Of a DNA stretch of 64,000 bases, positions 1 to 13,147 are shown piece by piece (position 1 is the stretch's first letter; each line of letters begins with the position of its first letter). The stretch covers positions 33,852,001-33,916,000 of the forward strand of contig CM060731.1 in the NCBI GenBank assembly GCA_030704615.1. The letters run 5' to 3'. This DNA comes from Takakia lepidozioides (taxonomy: Eukaryota > Plantae > Bryophyta). Under the pieces are notes generated by a model. It ran no database searches. It was not told the DNA's origin and saw only the letters and a program-made list of their open reading frames with translations. Both the position numbers and the translations under genes were made by a program.

Positions 1-977
1 ACCCATCCCTTCGCTACCCGAGGCGGAAACTCCAAGATAGAAGAGTTGGAAATCTCTAAGTACTCAGCCCGCTCAGAACAATCAGTCATGACCTACAGCT
101 AGTGTATCATGGGGGTGTTTCCTATTTGTTTTCCTTTCCGCATTCATGTTAGCTAGCTACCTTACTATTGATAATTGAGTATCAGTTTGCTCATCAACTC
201 ATCCATTCATTCCACAGCTTCACTCAGATCTCTCTACACAGTGTGATTGTATCGTATAAGTATCAGATTATGATTTATCAGGTATCAGGCCGAAGCCATT
301 GCGTCTCTAATCTCCTCTACAATATCACTACAGCTTTGCATATAACAAGCATCTACTAATCATCTCTCCTCCTTCACCGTGCTCTCCATGCTTGCTCTTC
401 CGCCCGATCCCCTCCGATCCATGACCAAGAAGTTCTCCCCCCTCGAGTGCTTCCAAGAATCGTCCCCATGAATCGTCTCCGAAAAATAATAATAATCCCC
501 TTCTCAATCCTTGCTTCTCCCTTTATCTTCCTTCCCGTGGCTCTAACCGTTTCCCTCACTAACCGTCGTCCATGAACTAACATGTTCCATTTGCAGGTGT
601 TGTTCCCCATAGTCGTTCCTTGTCCTGCTCTCCGTTCCCTATGGTCGTGACAGCTGTGTCAAGCTGTGACTGGCTGTGTGAAATTGTGACGGGTTGTGAC
701 TGGCTGTGCGACTGTGTTTGGCTGTGACGGCTGTGACGGGCTGTGTTGGCTGTGTCGGCTGTGACGACTGTGTCGGCTGTGACGACTGTGTCGGCTGTGA
801 CGACTGTGACGGGCTGTGTTGGCTGTGTCGGCTGTGACGACTGTGACGGGCTGTGTCGCCCCCTCTACAGTACGCTGCTGTCACCCCTAAGGTTCCTATT
901 GGTCTCAGTCTGTGCAAAAATTAAGGGTACCCTACAGATCTCGTATAAGTGTCTAAGTCCCAGACTGTCCTCTAACA
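1..977 (-). repeat. 3' LTR of element A (partial)
   Basis: Matches 19677-20619. The minus strand starts TGTTAGAGG directly after the PPT. Contains GGCTGTGAC-type tandem repeats at about 650-860. Confidence 0.95.
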
Positions 978-994
978 TTACCCCTTCCCCTCTT
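978..994 (-). promoter_or_regulatory. Polypurine tract of element A
   Basis: Minus strand AAGAGGGGAAGGGGTAA immediately upstream of the LTR TG. Confidence 0.9.
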
Positions 995-1015
995 AAAAAG
1001 CCGTGTCCTCACGGT

Positions 1016-4000
1016 TTACTGATTGCGATTAGCAAACCTTTGCGAGTGAGCACCTTTTTGTCGTTGAGAGTTTCTTGGCGGACTGTGTGTACGAGCCCGA
1101 GGTCTGTCACTGGTTGACGGAGATGTTTGAACACTACCTGGATAAGTGAGGCCCTCTGGAGTCTGATATCGAGGTAATCTTTCAGGCATAGGAGACCCCC
1201 GTCGCTTCTTCTCTGCCATCTGAATTGCATAGTCTTCTCCCATGTCAAAAGAATCCGCTGAAGAAACAGTTGTATCAGAATCCTCATCGCCTCTCAGGTG
1301 TTTTAATTGTCGAACTTTCTGTAGAATCCTCTGGGGCATACAATGTTGTCCTACCATGTCTGGAAGTTTATATTTTAAAACTTGGTATAAACGCTGAACT
1401 GCAAAATTGGTGAAGACACTGAGCTCCTTGTCTGTCCAGGTGAGTGGGATACCAATGACTGGTGACTTGTTCAAGTATTTCCATGCCACATGTGCCTTAT
1501 AGAAAATATCATCAATGCCGAATTTCTGTGTTGACAAATTGTTGCAGGCTGCCTGAAACCATGAACAAATTTGAGAATCCTTTTGCATCATAACTTTTGC
1601 CTCATATAGGTACATATGAGGTGACACTGAAGGTAAGACCCAATGATCCCCACTGGAATAACTCTGAAAGCGCGCTTGCATCTTTTGCTGCTCAATGTGA
1701 TAACGTACCAGAAAACAAGCAGCGTAGTATAATCCACATCCCATGACAATACTCGCTACCTCCTTGATCTTGGTATAAATGAATCCATGTACAACTTGGA
1801 AGGCAATTAATTCCCTCAACATTGTACCTGCCTCATGCCAGTATTGTGCAAAGTGATGATCTTCAATTGGTCGATTGTTCGGAAGAACTTGAGTCCTAGT
1901 TGCCACTGGCAGCCAAATGCGCATGATTTGGTAGTAATGTGCAAATGACTGTGGGGGACTGAATTCTTTCCAAGCCAAATCCAACATGATTGGAATTTGG
2001 TTGAAGGGTAGAATCATAGCCTTGCTGTACTCCCTTGCAGCTGGAGTTTTAGGTGGGTTAAAAGCAGCATTGCCCCATACCTCAGACTGTGGTGGCTGTG
2101 GTGTGGCTGTTGTAACAACAGGGTCAGCTACTGGCACAGTGACTTGTTGTGGTGTTGGTGGCAGTTGCTCTTGTACCATTGGCATCTCCTGTACCTCCTG
2201 TGAAGATGACTGAAAAGCTAAAGTTCTCGCTTTTAAAGAAGCCATTAGCTGTTCCTCAGGTACACAGACTCTTTTGTCGATATTTGAAGTGAGGTCCTCC
2301 ACTTGAGTCTGTAGGCCGTCTACATCCTCCTGTAACTTTGCTATTCTACTATAGACATTGTCTATAGTAGTTGTGGTAATGTCCTGCACTTGCAGCCTGA
2401 GCTCATTCATCTCTTTTTGGTTGAGCTTTCGTGGTGCTTTGCCCTCCACTGGCCCTTGTGCTAACCAGACCTGCATAAGGTGGTTATCCACCAAGTTGCT
2501 TGTGGTTCCTCTGAGAGTGTGCTCCTCTCTTTGTTTGTACACATCTAACTGCTGTTGTAAAGCTTCCATGCGCTTCGCATGAGGGTCAACCAGATTCGCA
2601 TAGGCAGCAGCCAGATTGTTGGCTTCCTTCCAAGCTTTGTTAGCCACAGAGAGTTCATTTCTATTGGCTATGATTGTTTGTTGCAACTCCAAGATGTGTC
2701 TCTCTTGGTCAGCTTCAACCTACCTGTATTGCTTGAAAGTATGCTCATTGCGACAGATTGTATTCTTCATCTCGACAATGAGTTGTACTTGCTCCACATT
2801 CTCTGCCTCTTCCTTCGTACATCTTTCCGCTTGACTGTTTATTTCCATTGTAGATTGGTCAAGCATAGTTGAGAGTGTAGCACATTGGATGGCCATCCTG
2901 TCATGCACTGTCTGCAACTCCGTATGTAGTGCATTTACTTGTTGCAACTTGTTTTCATGCTTCACCTGCATTTGGTATAGTTGTTGTTTATGTGCTTCGT
3001 GCAATTGATCTTGCGCGAGGCCTGCCTCAATCAATTATTCCTTGGCCAATTGCAAAGCCTCTTCTGTATTCTCCAAGTCTTGCTGCATCTTGAGAGTGAC
3101 CTTCTCATCGACCTTGTTTGCACACTCAGTGGCTAGTTGAGCCTCAAACTCCTTCCTGAGTTCCTCTCTCAAGGCTGTCAATTGGGTAGTTGGAACATGT
3201 GATTTGACATAAGTCCCCAACAAATTAAGTGTCCTGCCTATGGAACTCATAAGCATTGCCTGTTGAGGGTCATCATGGTGAGCTTGTTGTTGTTCTCCTT
3301 CTCCCTGATCCTCAACAGTGTGATGTCTCACGAACCAGTCAGGCCATTGTCCCACCAGATTTTCTTCCTGAACCACTTCTTCCGTAACTAATGCTGCAGT
3401 GTCCTGACATTCTACCTGTGGTACCTCCGGCACAAGTGTGTGTATTATATATATCTCAGGATTTCTTGTGGGCAACTGTTGCACCTCTGGAATCTCTGTC
3501 TCCTTGACCAAACCAAAATATTCATAGAGAAGGTCTCCCTTCTCAATTTCTGCCACTATCTGTTCTGTAGTGGGAATATCTAACTCTTCTTTTTCCAAAT
3601 CAATTATTTCTGGTTGAGCTGCATGAACAACTTGTAACCTTGTGACAAGCCGATCAGCTGGCTGTGATGGTTGTGATACTGAAGTAACTTCCTCCTCCCT
3701 CTTTGAAGGTCCTGCTTCCAGTAACAACAGTTCTCTGTGCTGTTGTGCCCCTTCCTGCACATGAGCTTGGGAAACATTATCATGTGGAATCCGTGAAGCC
3801 AGTGGATCCGCCACTACATTCTTTCCCCGCCTCTGTCTCTTATTCTCGGGTTGCCCTGCCAGTCCACCCTCACTGTGTGAAGAGCCTTGCTCTTCCATTG
3901 CAGTGGTTTCTGGCTCAAACACTCCCATCTCCTTTCTTTCTCGTGCATCAATGATGCGAGAATCAAGAATTATTTGAGCAATGATTGGGCCAGACACTAT

Positions 4001-4789
4001 GATAGGAGACTTTGCGGCAGTACTCTGTAATCTTTTCATCTCCTCTACCAGCGCGTTGTACATTATGTCCGCCCATTCTACCTCTTCTCCCCTCAGGGCT
4101 TTGAGTATTTCCTCTGTGAAGGATCTGCTCAAGTACTGTTGGTTCTGTTTCATGGCAAACAGAACGTTTAATACCTGGCCTACCTCCTTTAGCCCTGGGT
4201 ACACGGCTTTGGTACAAGCGTAACCCTGAGTTTTAAAGAAACTCCCTTCTTGGAATAAGTCCCCTATTTGCAGTCTTGCCCTGTGCCCCTCCACATGCAC
4301 TTGACCTGCTGGCAATTGAAACAATTGCTGTAGGTATAGGGGAGTAATTTCTAATTCCACTCCCTTCACTGTTGTTGCTCCTGTCTTAGGCTCGAAGTTT
4401 TGCAAGAATTGTAACATGTACTGTCGATGGTGCAATGTCCGATCTTTGCTTTGCAATCCTTGCAATCTCAGCTCCTTCAGTATCTGTATCGCCTGTGGGG
4501 TAGCAATCGTTTGTTTCTGCAGAATTGTGGTGCTCTTCACCCTGATTTCCTCCATTCCTCTCACTCTCTTCATTCTAGACCCACAAAAATGTTTTGGCTG
4601 TAACAACTGAAGAAATGCCTGTAGTGCACACAACATAAACGTATGGTTGCCACAAAAAGCTATGGGCAATTTCTTGTAAGCCTGTGGGGCTTGCAAGCAT
4701 CGCTCAAGAGAAAAGATCTGCTTTGTTGTTTCGTCCCTATGCCACTGCGTAAGTAGTATTGCAAGCGTATAGTCTGTTAGTTCTTCCAT
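1016..4789 (-). pseudogene. Extra ORF (~1250 aa) between pol and the 3' LTR of element A, with two in-frame stops
   Basis: ORFs 3035-4789, 2720-3034 and 1016-2692 are in one frame. The middle is coiled-coil-like. A homologue lies at 41800-42948. Confidence 0.8.
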
Positions 4790-5050
4790 AGCTTCGAAGC
4801 TATCGCATTGATGGTTTGTCCCTTCACGACACCCGTTACTTAGAACGACGCCGTCTCTTGCACCAGTTCCCCTCCAATTTCTTGATCCCTTCTCTGGCTT
4901 TTGATTGGTTGTAGCCGCTGTGACTGAATTTTTGATTTAATGTTTTTTAGTGGACTTTCCCTGCTAGATAGTCCACTAGGATCACACATGTAACAAGAAT
5001 TTCACTTTTCTGTACTTGCCGTTTGTTCCGTTCCCCTTTTTCCGTATTGA

Positions 5051-5740
5051 TTAATGGGCCCGCCATTCATCCGAATTGACCGCGCTAAGTAGGTACTTTG
5101 ACGTCCATTCTTGTCGTCTTTCTTGATGACACCCGTTCTTGCACTTCCTTCTCAGCTGTGTATCGCGTCCTGACTTCCACGTGTCTATTTTAAAACTGGT
5201 TTCCGTCCTTTCTTCCGTCGGCCATTTTCCTGAAGTTAATGTGCGTCCACCTGTCACTGATTCTATGGATTGTGTAACCCTAGTAGGCTGTGTTGAGCTG
5301 TGACAGGCTGTGATGCACTGTGGTAAGCTGTGATAGGCTGTGACACGTTGTGGTAGGTTGTGATAGACTGTGTTGCGCCGTGCTGGGCTGTTATAGGCTG
5401 TGTTTCGTCGTGATGGGCTGTGATAGGCTGTGTCACGTCGTGATGGGCTGTGATAGGCTGTGTCACGTTGTGATTGGCTGTGATAGGCTGTGTTTCGCCT
5501 TGATGGGCTGTGATAGGCTGTGTCACGTCGTGCTTGGCTGTGATAGGCTGTGTTTCGCCTTGATGGGCTGTGATAGGCTGTGGTTCGTTTGTTTTGCCCG
5601 CCCTGGTCATATATGCTCGGCCTAGCTACAAGTGCTCCATACTCCGTTCGTAACACTGGTGCAGCCCGTGACTGCTCTTGCGTTTCAACATGCAAATCAT
5701 GCTCCAATGGTTTGTCATGGATACCACTGTACCCCTTCAA
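5051..5740 (-). pseudogene. C-terminal tail of the element A integrase, separated by the M1 insertion
   Basis: LKGYSGIHDKP continues GRVNAN. The uninterrupted version is in ORFs 47251-47754 and 40682-41371. Confidence 0.85.
5290..5583. repeat. 30-bp tandem repeat (GGCTGTGATAGGCTGTG core), ~9 units
   Basis: Visible periodicity; translates as TAYHSPSRRN-like units. Also at 47372-47523 and about 41115-41225. Confidence 0.9.
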
Positions 5741-5748
5741 CTTATTGG

Positions 5749-5812
5749 GGGGGTTGCTATTTCATGAGCGGCATGAGCATGAGCGGAAAAAAAAAAAAAA
5801 GCATGAGCAGAC
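5749..5812 (+). repeat. M1 left TIR with CATGAGC repeats
   Basis: Inverted match to 13080-13147. Confidence 0.9.
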
Positions 5813-5919
5813 CATTGTAAGTCCACGGAAATAGGGTTAGGAGGCACGGAAATAGGGTCATGTGAAGTTGGAATGTGGCACCAGTGGACTTGAAATGCAA
5901 CATTTTATTGCATTTACTT

Positions 5920-7387
5920 GCCGAAAATGGCTAAGTCCCAGATCTGACTAGGCCCGGAACTGGAAAAATGGCGCCGAATTTCCGATTTTGGTGCCAGTTA
6001 GATCTGGGACTTAGCCATTTTAGGCCCCGAACTAGAACAATGGCGTTTTTTTTTTTTTTTTTTTTTTTGTTTTTTTGTTTTTTTTTTGTTTTTTGTTTTT
6101 TGTTTTTTGTTTTTTTTTTTTTTTCGGTGCCATTTTACCAGTTCGGGGCCTAAAATGGCTAAGTCCCAGATCTGACTGGGCCTGGAACTGGAAAAATGGT
6201 GCCGAATTTCCGATTTTGGTGCCAGCCACCTTAAGGACTTAGCCATTTTCGGCCCTGAAAGTACCCACTGGCTATGCCTCTGCTTTCAAAAAACATGTGG
6301 TCAAACAAAAGTTGAGCCATTTGAAGTCGCTCTAGTACTTGAGATGGAGAGTGGGTGAGGTCTGTATGGTGGAGTCTTTTAGCAAAGGTGCCATTGGCTT
6401 GACTTATATAACGTGATAGAATGGTTTCTCCTCTTTTCACCATTTCCGTATCACTAGAAGAAGACCTGCTTACATCTATAAGTGCAAGGTGTTAGCATAG
6501 TTAACACTTGTATGTGGAAGAGAGCTTGATAGATAGCTCTTAAGTTACAAGCTGTTGCAGGGTTTGCAAGAAGAAAGTCTTGTGGTGTTTATGTACAAGA
6601 GGAGGTCTTCAAGAAGAGCATCATTGAAAGTTTGAGAGCTTGTGAAGAAACTCTGTTCTACAAGTGTTGCAGGGTTTGAGGAGTTCAAGAAGAGCTCGGG
6701 TGTTAAGGAAGCAAGTGGTGCATGTGTGGAGTATGGTTTCAGCTTGTGGTAGTCTTCAACTTCCATTTTTCCTGTTCGGGGCCGAAAATGGCTAAGTCCC
6801 AGATCTGATAGGGCGCGGAACTGGAAAAATGGTGTCGAATTTCCAGTTGCGGTTCCAGCCATCGTAGGGACTTAGCTATTTTCAGGGTCTGGAACTGGAA
6901 AAATGGCGCCATTTTTCCATTTGGGGCCGAAAATGGCTAAGTCCTAGATCTGACTGGGCCCCGAACTGGAAAAATGGCGCCGAATTTCCGATTTTGGGTG
7001 CCAGCCAGATCTGGGACTTAGCCGTTTTCGGCCCCGAACTGGAAAAATGGCCGTTTTTTTTTTTTTTTTTTTTTCGGCACCATTTTTCCAGTTCGGGGCC
7101 TAAAATGGCTAAGTCCCAGATCTGACTGGGCCCAGAAATGAAAAAATGGCGCCGAATTTCCGATTTTGGGTGCCAGTCAGATCTGGGACTTAGCCGTTTT
7201 CGACCCCGAATAAGAGAAATGGCGTTTTTTTTTTTTTTTTTTTCGGCGCCATTTTTCCAGTTCGGGCCGAAAATGGCTAAGTCCCAGATCTGACTGGGCC
7301 CAGAACTGGAAAAATGGCGCCGAATTTCCGATTTTGGGTGCCAGTCAGATCAGGGACTTAGCCGTTTTCGGCCCTGAACTAAAAATA

Positions 7388-7418
<31 letters not shown>

Positions 7419-7563
7419 TCGGCGCCATTTATCCAGTTCGGGGCCGAAAATGGCTAAGTCCCAGATCTGACTGGGCCCAGAAATGGAAAAATGGCGCCGA
7501 ATTTCCGATTTTGGGTGCCAGTCAGATCTGGGACTTAGCCGTTTTCGGCCCCGAACTAGAAAA

Positions 7564-7594
<31 letters not shown>

Positions 7595-7936
7595 CGGCGC
7601 CATTTTTCCATTTCGGGGCCGAAAATGGCTAAGTCCCAGATCTGACTGGCACCAAAATCGGAAATTCGGCGCCATTTTTCCAGTCATGTAGGTAATTCGA
7701 AGAGCGGATGGATGGAAATCCGGCGCCGGATTTCCATCCACCAGGTAAGTCGGCGCGCAAAATTTCCGTCATGCAGGTAATTCGAAGAGCGGATGGATGA
7801 AAATCCGGCGCCGGATTTCCATCCATCCGCTCTTCGAATTACCTGCATGACTGGAAAAATGGCGCCGAATTTCCGATTTTGGGTGCTAGTCAGATCTGGG
7901 ACTTAGCCGTTTTCGGCCCCGAACTGGACAAATGGC

Positions 7937-7967
<31 letters not shown>

Positions 7968-8308
7968 CGGCGATATTTTCCATTTCGTTGCCGAAAATGG
8001 CTAAGTCCCAGATCTGACTGGCACCAAAATCGGAAATTCGGCGCCATTTTTCCAGTGTTGCAGGTAATTCAAAGAGCGGATGGATGGAAATCCGGCGCCG
8101 GATTTCCATCCACCAGGTAAGTCGGCGCGCAAAATTTCCGTCATGCAGGTAATTCGAAGAGCGGATGGATGAAAATCCGGCGCCGGATTTCCATCCATCC
8201 GTTCTTCGAATTACCTGCATGACTGGAAAAATGGCGCCGAATTTCCGATTTTGGGTGCCAGTCAGATCTGGGACTTAGCCGTTTTCAGCCCTGAACTCGG
8301 AAAATGGC

Positions 8309-8340
<32 letters not shown>

Positions 8341-10330
8341 GCGCCATATTTCCATTTCGGGGCCGAAAATGGCTAAGTCCCAGATCTGACTTGCACCAAA
8401 ATCGAAAATTCGGCGCCATTTTTCCAGTCATGCAGGTAATTCGAAGAGCGGATGGATGGAAATCCGGCGCCGGATTTCCATCCACCAGGTAAGTCGGCGC
8501 GCAAAATTTCCGTCATGCAGGTAATTCGAAGAGCGGATGGATGAAAATCCGGCGCCGGATTTCCATCCATCCGCTCTTCGAATTACCTGCATGACTGGAA
8601 AAATGGCGCCGAATTTCCGATTTTGGGTGCCAGTCAGATATGGGACTTTGCCGTTTTCGGCCCTGAACTGGAAAAATGGCGTTTTTGTTTTTTTTTTTTG
8701 GCGCCATATTTCCATTTCGGGGCCGAAAATGGCTAAGTCCCAGATCTGACTTGCACCAAAATCGGAAATTCGGCGCCATTTTTTCCAGTCATGCAGGTAA
8801 TTCGAAGAGCGGATGGATGGAAATCCGGCGCCGGATTTCCATCCACCAGGTAAGTCGGCGCGCAAAATTTCCGTCATGCAGGTAATTCGAAGAGCGGATG
8901 GATGGAAATCCGGCGCCGGATTTCCATCCGCAAGGTTGGTCGGAGAGCGGATGGATGGAGATCCGGCACCGGATTTCCATCCTGCAGGTAAGTGGAATCC
9001 CGGATGGATGGAAATCCGGCGCCGAATTTCCATCCTGCAGGTAATTCGAATCCCGGATGGATGGAAATTCGGCGCCGGATTTCCATCCAGCAGGTAAGTG
9101 GAATCCCGGATGGATGGAAATTCGGCGCCGGATTTCCATCCAGCAGGTAAGTGGAATCCCGGATGGATGGAAATTCGGCGCCGCATTTCCCTCCAGCAGG
9201 TTACTAGAATCCCGGATGGATCGAAATCCGGCACCGAATTTCCCTCCTGCAGGTAATTCATCGCTGAGAATTACCTTCCTGCAGGTAATTCTGATCGATG
9301 AATTACCGTCCTGCAGGTAATTCTCAGCGATGAATTACCTTCCCACCTTCGTCGATAAGAATTACCTGCAGGAAGGTAATTCATTGATCAGAATTACCTG
9401 CAGGAAGGTAATTCTCAGCGATGAAATACCTGGCGAATGGAAATTCGGCGCCGAATATCAATACGCCAGCGATCCGACTTACCTGCTGGATGGAAATTCG
9501 GTGCTGGATTTCCATCCATCCGGGGATTCGAATTACCTGCAGGATGGATATGCGGCGCCGGATTTCGATCGATCCGGGATTTCACTTACCTGCTGGATGG
9601 AAATTCGGCGCCGGATTTCCATCCATCCGGGATTGTACTTACCTGCTGGGTGGAAATTCGGCGCCGAATTTCCATCCGGAGGCTGGTCTCTGTCGGAGAG
9701 GTGTCGGCCTCTCCGCCGCTCTGTTGGATATTCGGTGCCGAATTTCCGTCCGGCGGTTGAAATATGACGGCCAGGTGCCGACCTCTCCCCCCTCCCCAAC
9801 CGCATTGGAACGGCCCCGGATTGAAATTCGGCGCCGTTTTCCCATCTGGGGAGGTTTTTATGTCGGCCAGTTTTCAGTCTGACACCCCGACAAGACTTCC
9901 TTGGGGGGCCCGGATGGAAATTCGGCGCCGAATCTCCATCCAAGGGATGCTCTCTGTCGAACACGTGCCGACCTCTACGCCCGAGGCGACTTCATCCGGG
10001 CGTCCCCTATTCGATATTCGGTGCCGAATTTCCGTCCGGGGGTTGAAATGTGACGGCCAAGTGCCGGCCTCTCCCCCCTCCCCGACTGCATCCGAACCGC
10101 CCCGGATGGAAATTCGGCGCCGTTTTTCCATCTGGGGATGTTTTTATGCCGGCCAGTTTTCGGCCTGACCCCCCGACACGACATCCTTTACCTGCTGGAT
10201 GGAAATTCGGCGCCGAATCTCCATCCAGGGGATGTTCTCTGTCGCACACGCGCCGGCCTCTGCGCCCGAGGCGACTTCATCCGGGCTTCCCCTGTTGGAT
10301 ATTGGGTGCCGAATTTCCATTCGGGGGTAG
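5920..10330. repeat. M1 internal array of hairpin/palindrome modules with poly-T spacers; core GGAAAT(T/C)CGGCGCCG(A/G)ATTTCC
   Basis: Modules of ~180, ~370, ~60 and ~286 bp. Inverted arms GGCTAAGTCCCAGATCTGAC/GTCAGATCTGGGACTTAGCC. Perfect 22-bp palindrome at 9652-9673. Confidence 0.95.
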
Positions 10331-10685
10331 TATGTGACGGCACGGTGCCGGCTTCTCCCCTTCAGCCGTCATCATCCGGACGGCCCCCCACTTTCTGACT
10401 GCATACCGTTGGCAGTTATTGCGCAAAGACCAGGGGCCGCATTCCGGAGACAAGGTTCATTAACACTCTGACTGTGGATTTTTGAGATAGTTGGCTCCCT
10501 GGATTTGGATCAGGCTTCGTCGCTCGGACAAATCGGCATCGCATTCATTCCCTTCGCTGCATCCCCCTTCTACCAGGGAGCTTCCCCGCACTCCATCCTG
10601 GGAGTCTTGTGTGCACATCTCCCATGGCGGAAAACCCGAGCGCTACAGTGTACTGCCCTCCTCACGAGCATAGAGCTTCATTTCC

Positions 10686-12710
10686 GTGCAGAGGGGACAC
10701 CTGCCGGTTGATGGAGAAATATCTGTGCGTTCGATACCACCTGAAACCGGGGTCGGTTTTTTGGAGGAGGAAAGGAAGGACTCTAACGGCCTTGTTGTCG
10801 AGAGTATTGTTGTGCTCCACGATGATTTCGGCGATGGCAGGGAATGGCGAGTTCCACCATTGGACAACGTCATATACAGGGCTGTTGGGGACTTCATTTG
10901 CCTGCCAAATGCACCTTCTATCCTGGCGCCTTCCACGAAACAATCCGCGAATCAGAGAGTGGCTACCTCAAAGAGAGAAGTCCGCAACGAAGTAAATCCA
11001 GAGCCGAACCCATCCATGAAGACGAGCCAGAGCCGGGTTGTTCACAACCTGTCCGACTCAGACGAGGTCATGGAAGTTCCGAGGTCGTCCTGGAGATCAG
11101 GCAAGTCCTCAATGGACGTTAGTGGAGGAGGGAGTCATATTCCCAGCACGAGCACCGCAGTTCGATCTATTCTTGAAATTCTGCGAGGGCTTCACCTGGA
11201 GGGACACCGGTCGGAGCTGGCCGGGCTGGACTACAGCAAGTTCGCAATTAAATCGGTTACATGTCTTCCCGCCGACGTCGACGATAATATCTTCTTTGAG
11301 TTCCCTCCTCGGGCGGACTACTCGAGGGCGTCCGGAATGTTGACAGATATGGATAGAAAACATGACGGTCATCCTTGGTGCGTTACCAAAACCACCAGCA
11401 TGAAGATGCTCGATGGTGTGCGGGTGCACTACGTTGTTTGTGCAGGCGCGTTGCGGTGTTTCTCCCCAACTTGCTTCCACTTTAAATCCAGAGGTCACAG
11501 GAACGAGACCGATTGGACAGGCACAGCTCATCAACCATTTCGAGCTCAGGAGAAGGTTCCGAACTCCACATTTAAGTGTGCGCATTGCAAAGAACCACCA
11601 CACTGCATGTCTGTTTGTAATGCCAAGCAGTTCTATGTGTTGCACCGTTTCCCTGACCTCACCCGAGCTTGCATACACGTTGGTTCCCATTGTCACAAAT
11701 TGGCGAGGGGGAACTCGCGGGAGGCTGCCCACGAAGCAGAGCAGCTCGTTTAGGAGGAGGTTAAGTTGAGACCGGGTGCCAAACCCAAACAGATACAGCT
11801 CCAAGCCGCCCATAAGATGGCATTGGCCAGAATTATGTCGGAAGACGGCTCCGATAGAGTTCCTCTCGACGAGAAGGAAATGGAGGCATTGCTGGAGTCG
11901 GTGTCCCACGTATGTTCACCGAATGTCCGAAACCACATTGTCTCATGCAAACAGAAAATTGGGCGTGGCTCGGATATGCACTCCATTCTGGAGGTGAAGC
12001 GACGATGTGGATATGACTACATTCATGGAAGTAGGTTTCCAGGACAAGGGACTGAGGCAGATCGTTGTTTCGTATTCAAAATGTCCACGTATGGACCTGG
12101 CAGCGGCGTCGAACTGGTTGACAGGATGACGAGTAGGAACTTGTCAAACAGTTGGGTCATGTTCGACCATATCAAGTGAATTACAAATCACCAGTGGGTG
12201 ACAATGGGTGCACATGTCTACGACACCCACTGCAGGATGCTAATGACAATTGCTATTTGTGAGATGAAAGGAGAGGACACACAATCGGAGATGCTTCTTT
12301 GGCAGGGAATAAACGAACAGATGGCCGAGGCGGGATTGCCCCCTCCGAATTTCCGTGGTTTCATGGCGGACAACGCACAAGCAAATTGGGCTGCCATCCG
12401 AAGGGCGTACGGGCAAGACCCCAATGTTCCCATGGAAGGCAAGGAGAGATCTTGTGGGTTCCATTTTCTGCAAAGCCTTTCGCAGTACACAACTAGGCTC
12501 GTGGCGCCAGATTTCAGAGAGGAGCACCGTTCCATGTGCCTTGCGTGGAAGCGCGCTCCTACCTTAGATGATGCAGAGACACAGTTTGCATGCATACGGG
12601 CTTGGTGGACATCGTCAGGTGTTGTAAGGAAATCAGACGAGGGAGCAATGGTCAGTTGGCTAGCATGGTGGCATTATCGTTTCCTCCAGTTCGGCGACTA
12701 TATGCGGGAG
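10686..12710 (+). pseudogene. Mutator-like DDE transposase with a Cys/His-rich (WRKY/GCM-like) N-terminal domain; two premature stops; truncated at a splice donor
   Basis: Three ORFs in one frame with stops at 11751 and 12177. Motifs WVMFDH, FRGFMADNAQANW and CGFH (CxxH). GAG|GTGAGT donor at 12711; no third acidic-residue exon seen. Confidence 0.8.
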
Positions 12711-13079
12711 GTGAGTTGCACGTCCGAACATGCTAAGTCCGAACTGGCTAAGTCCGAACATACACTGGAAAAATGGCGCCGAATTACCTGTCATGAGGGG
12801 ACCTATAGCCGCCGAATTCGGCACCATTTTTCGCCAGAGAGACCTATTACCGCGAAATACGTCGCCGTTTTTCAGGTTACGGACCCTATTACCGCGAAAT
12901 TCGGCGCCATATTTGCACATGTCGCTGGGAATTGGCATGAGCGGAAGACGAAATATCATGAGCACAACTGTCAAAACTGCAATTTTCCCCTCAAGGGGCC
13001 GAATAATATATTTGTTTTTCCTGACATATTGCATTAAATTATTGTTTTTTATTGTTTTTTATTTTCGAAATTTGTACTT

Positions 13080-13147
13080 CTGCTCATGAAAACCGATTGT
13101 CTTACTACTCCGCTCATGCCGCTCATGCTCATGAAATAGCAAACCTC
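13080..13147 (-). repeat. M1 right TIR
   Basis: GCTCATGAAATAGCAAACCTC followed by the TSD CTTATTGG. Confidence 0.9.

Larger units (their letters stand above)
5749..13147 (+). mobile_element. M1: Mutator-like TIR DNA transposon, non-autonomous/internally deleted
   Basis: TIRs GGGGGTTGCTATTTCATGAGC and GAGGTTTGCTATTTCATGAGC. 8-bp TSD CTTATTGG at 5741-5748 and 13148-13155. Empty site in copy 2 near 47683. Contains a DDE transposase remnant. Confidence 0.9.

Noticed and set aside
168-1117. Short ORFs within the element A LTR
   Set aside because: Low-complexity or repeat-derived, with no motifs.
1016-4789. True retroviral envelope gene
   Set aside because: No signal peptide or convincing transmembrane/fusion motifs were seen; kept as an unknown extra ORF.
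5968-10398. Many ORFs containing MEIRRRISIH / WKSGAGF / poly-K or poly-F
   Set aside because: These are translations of palindromic repeats and poly-T tracts on both strands.
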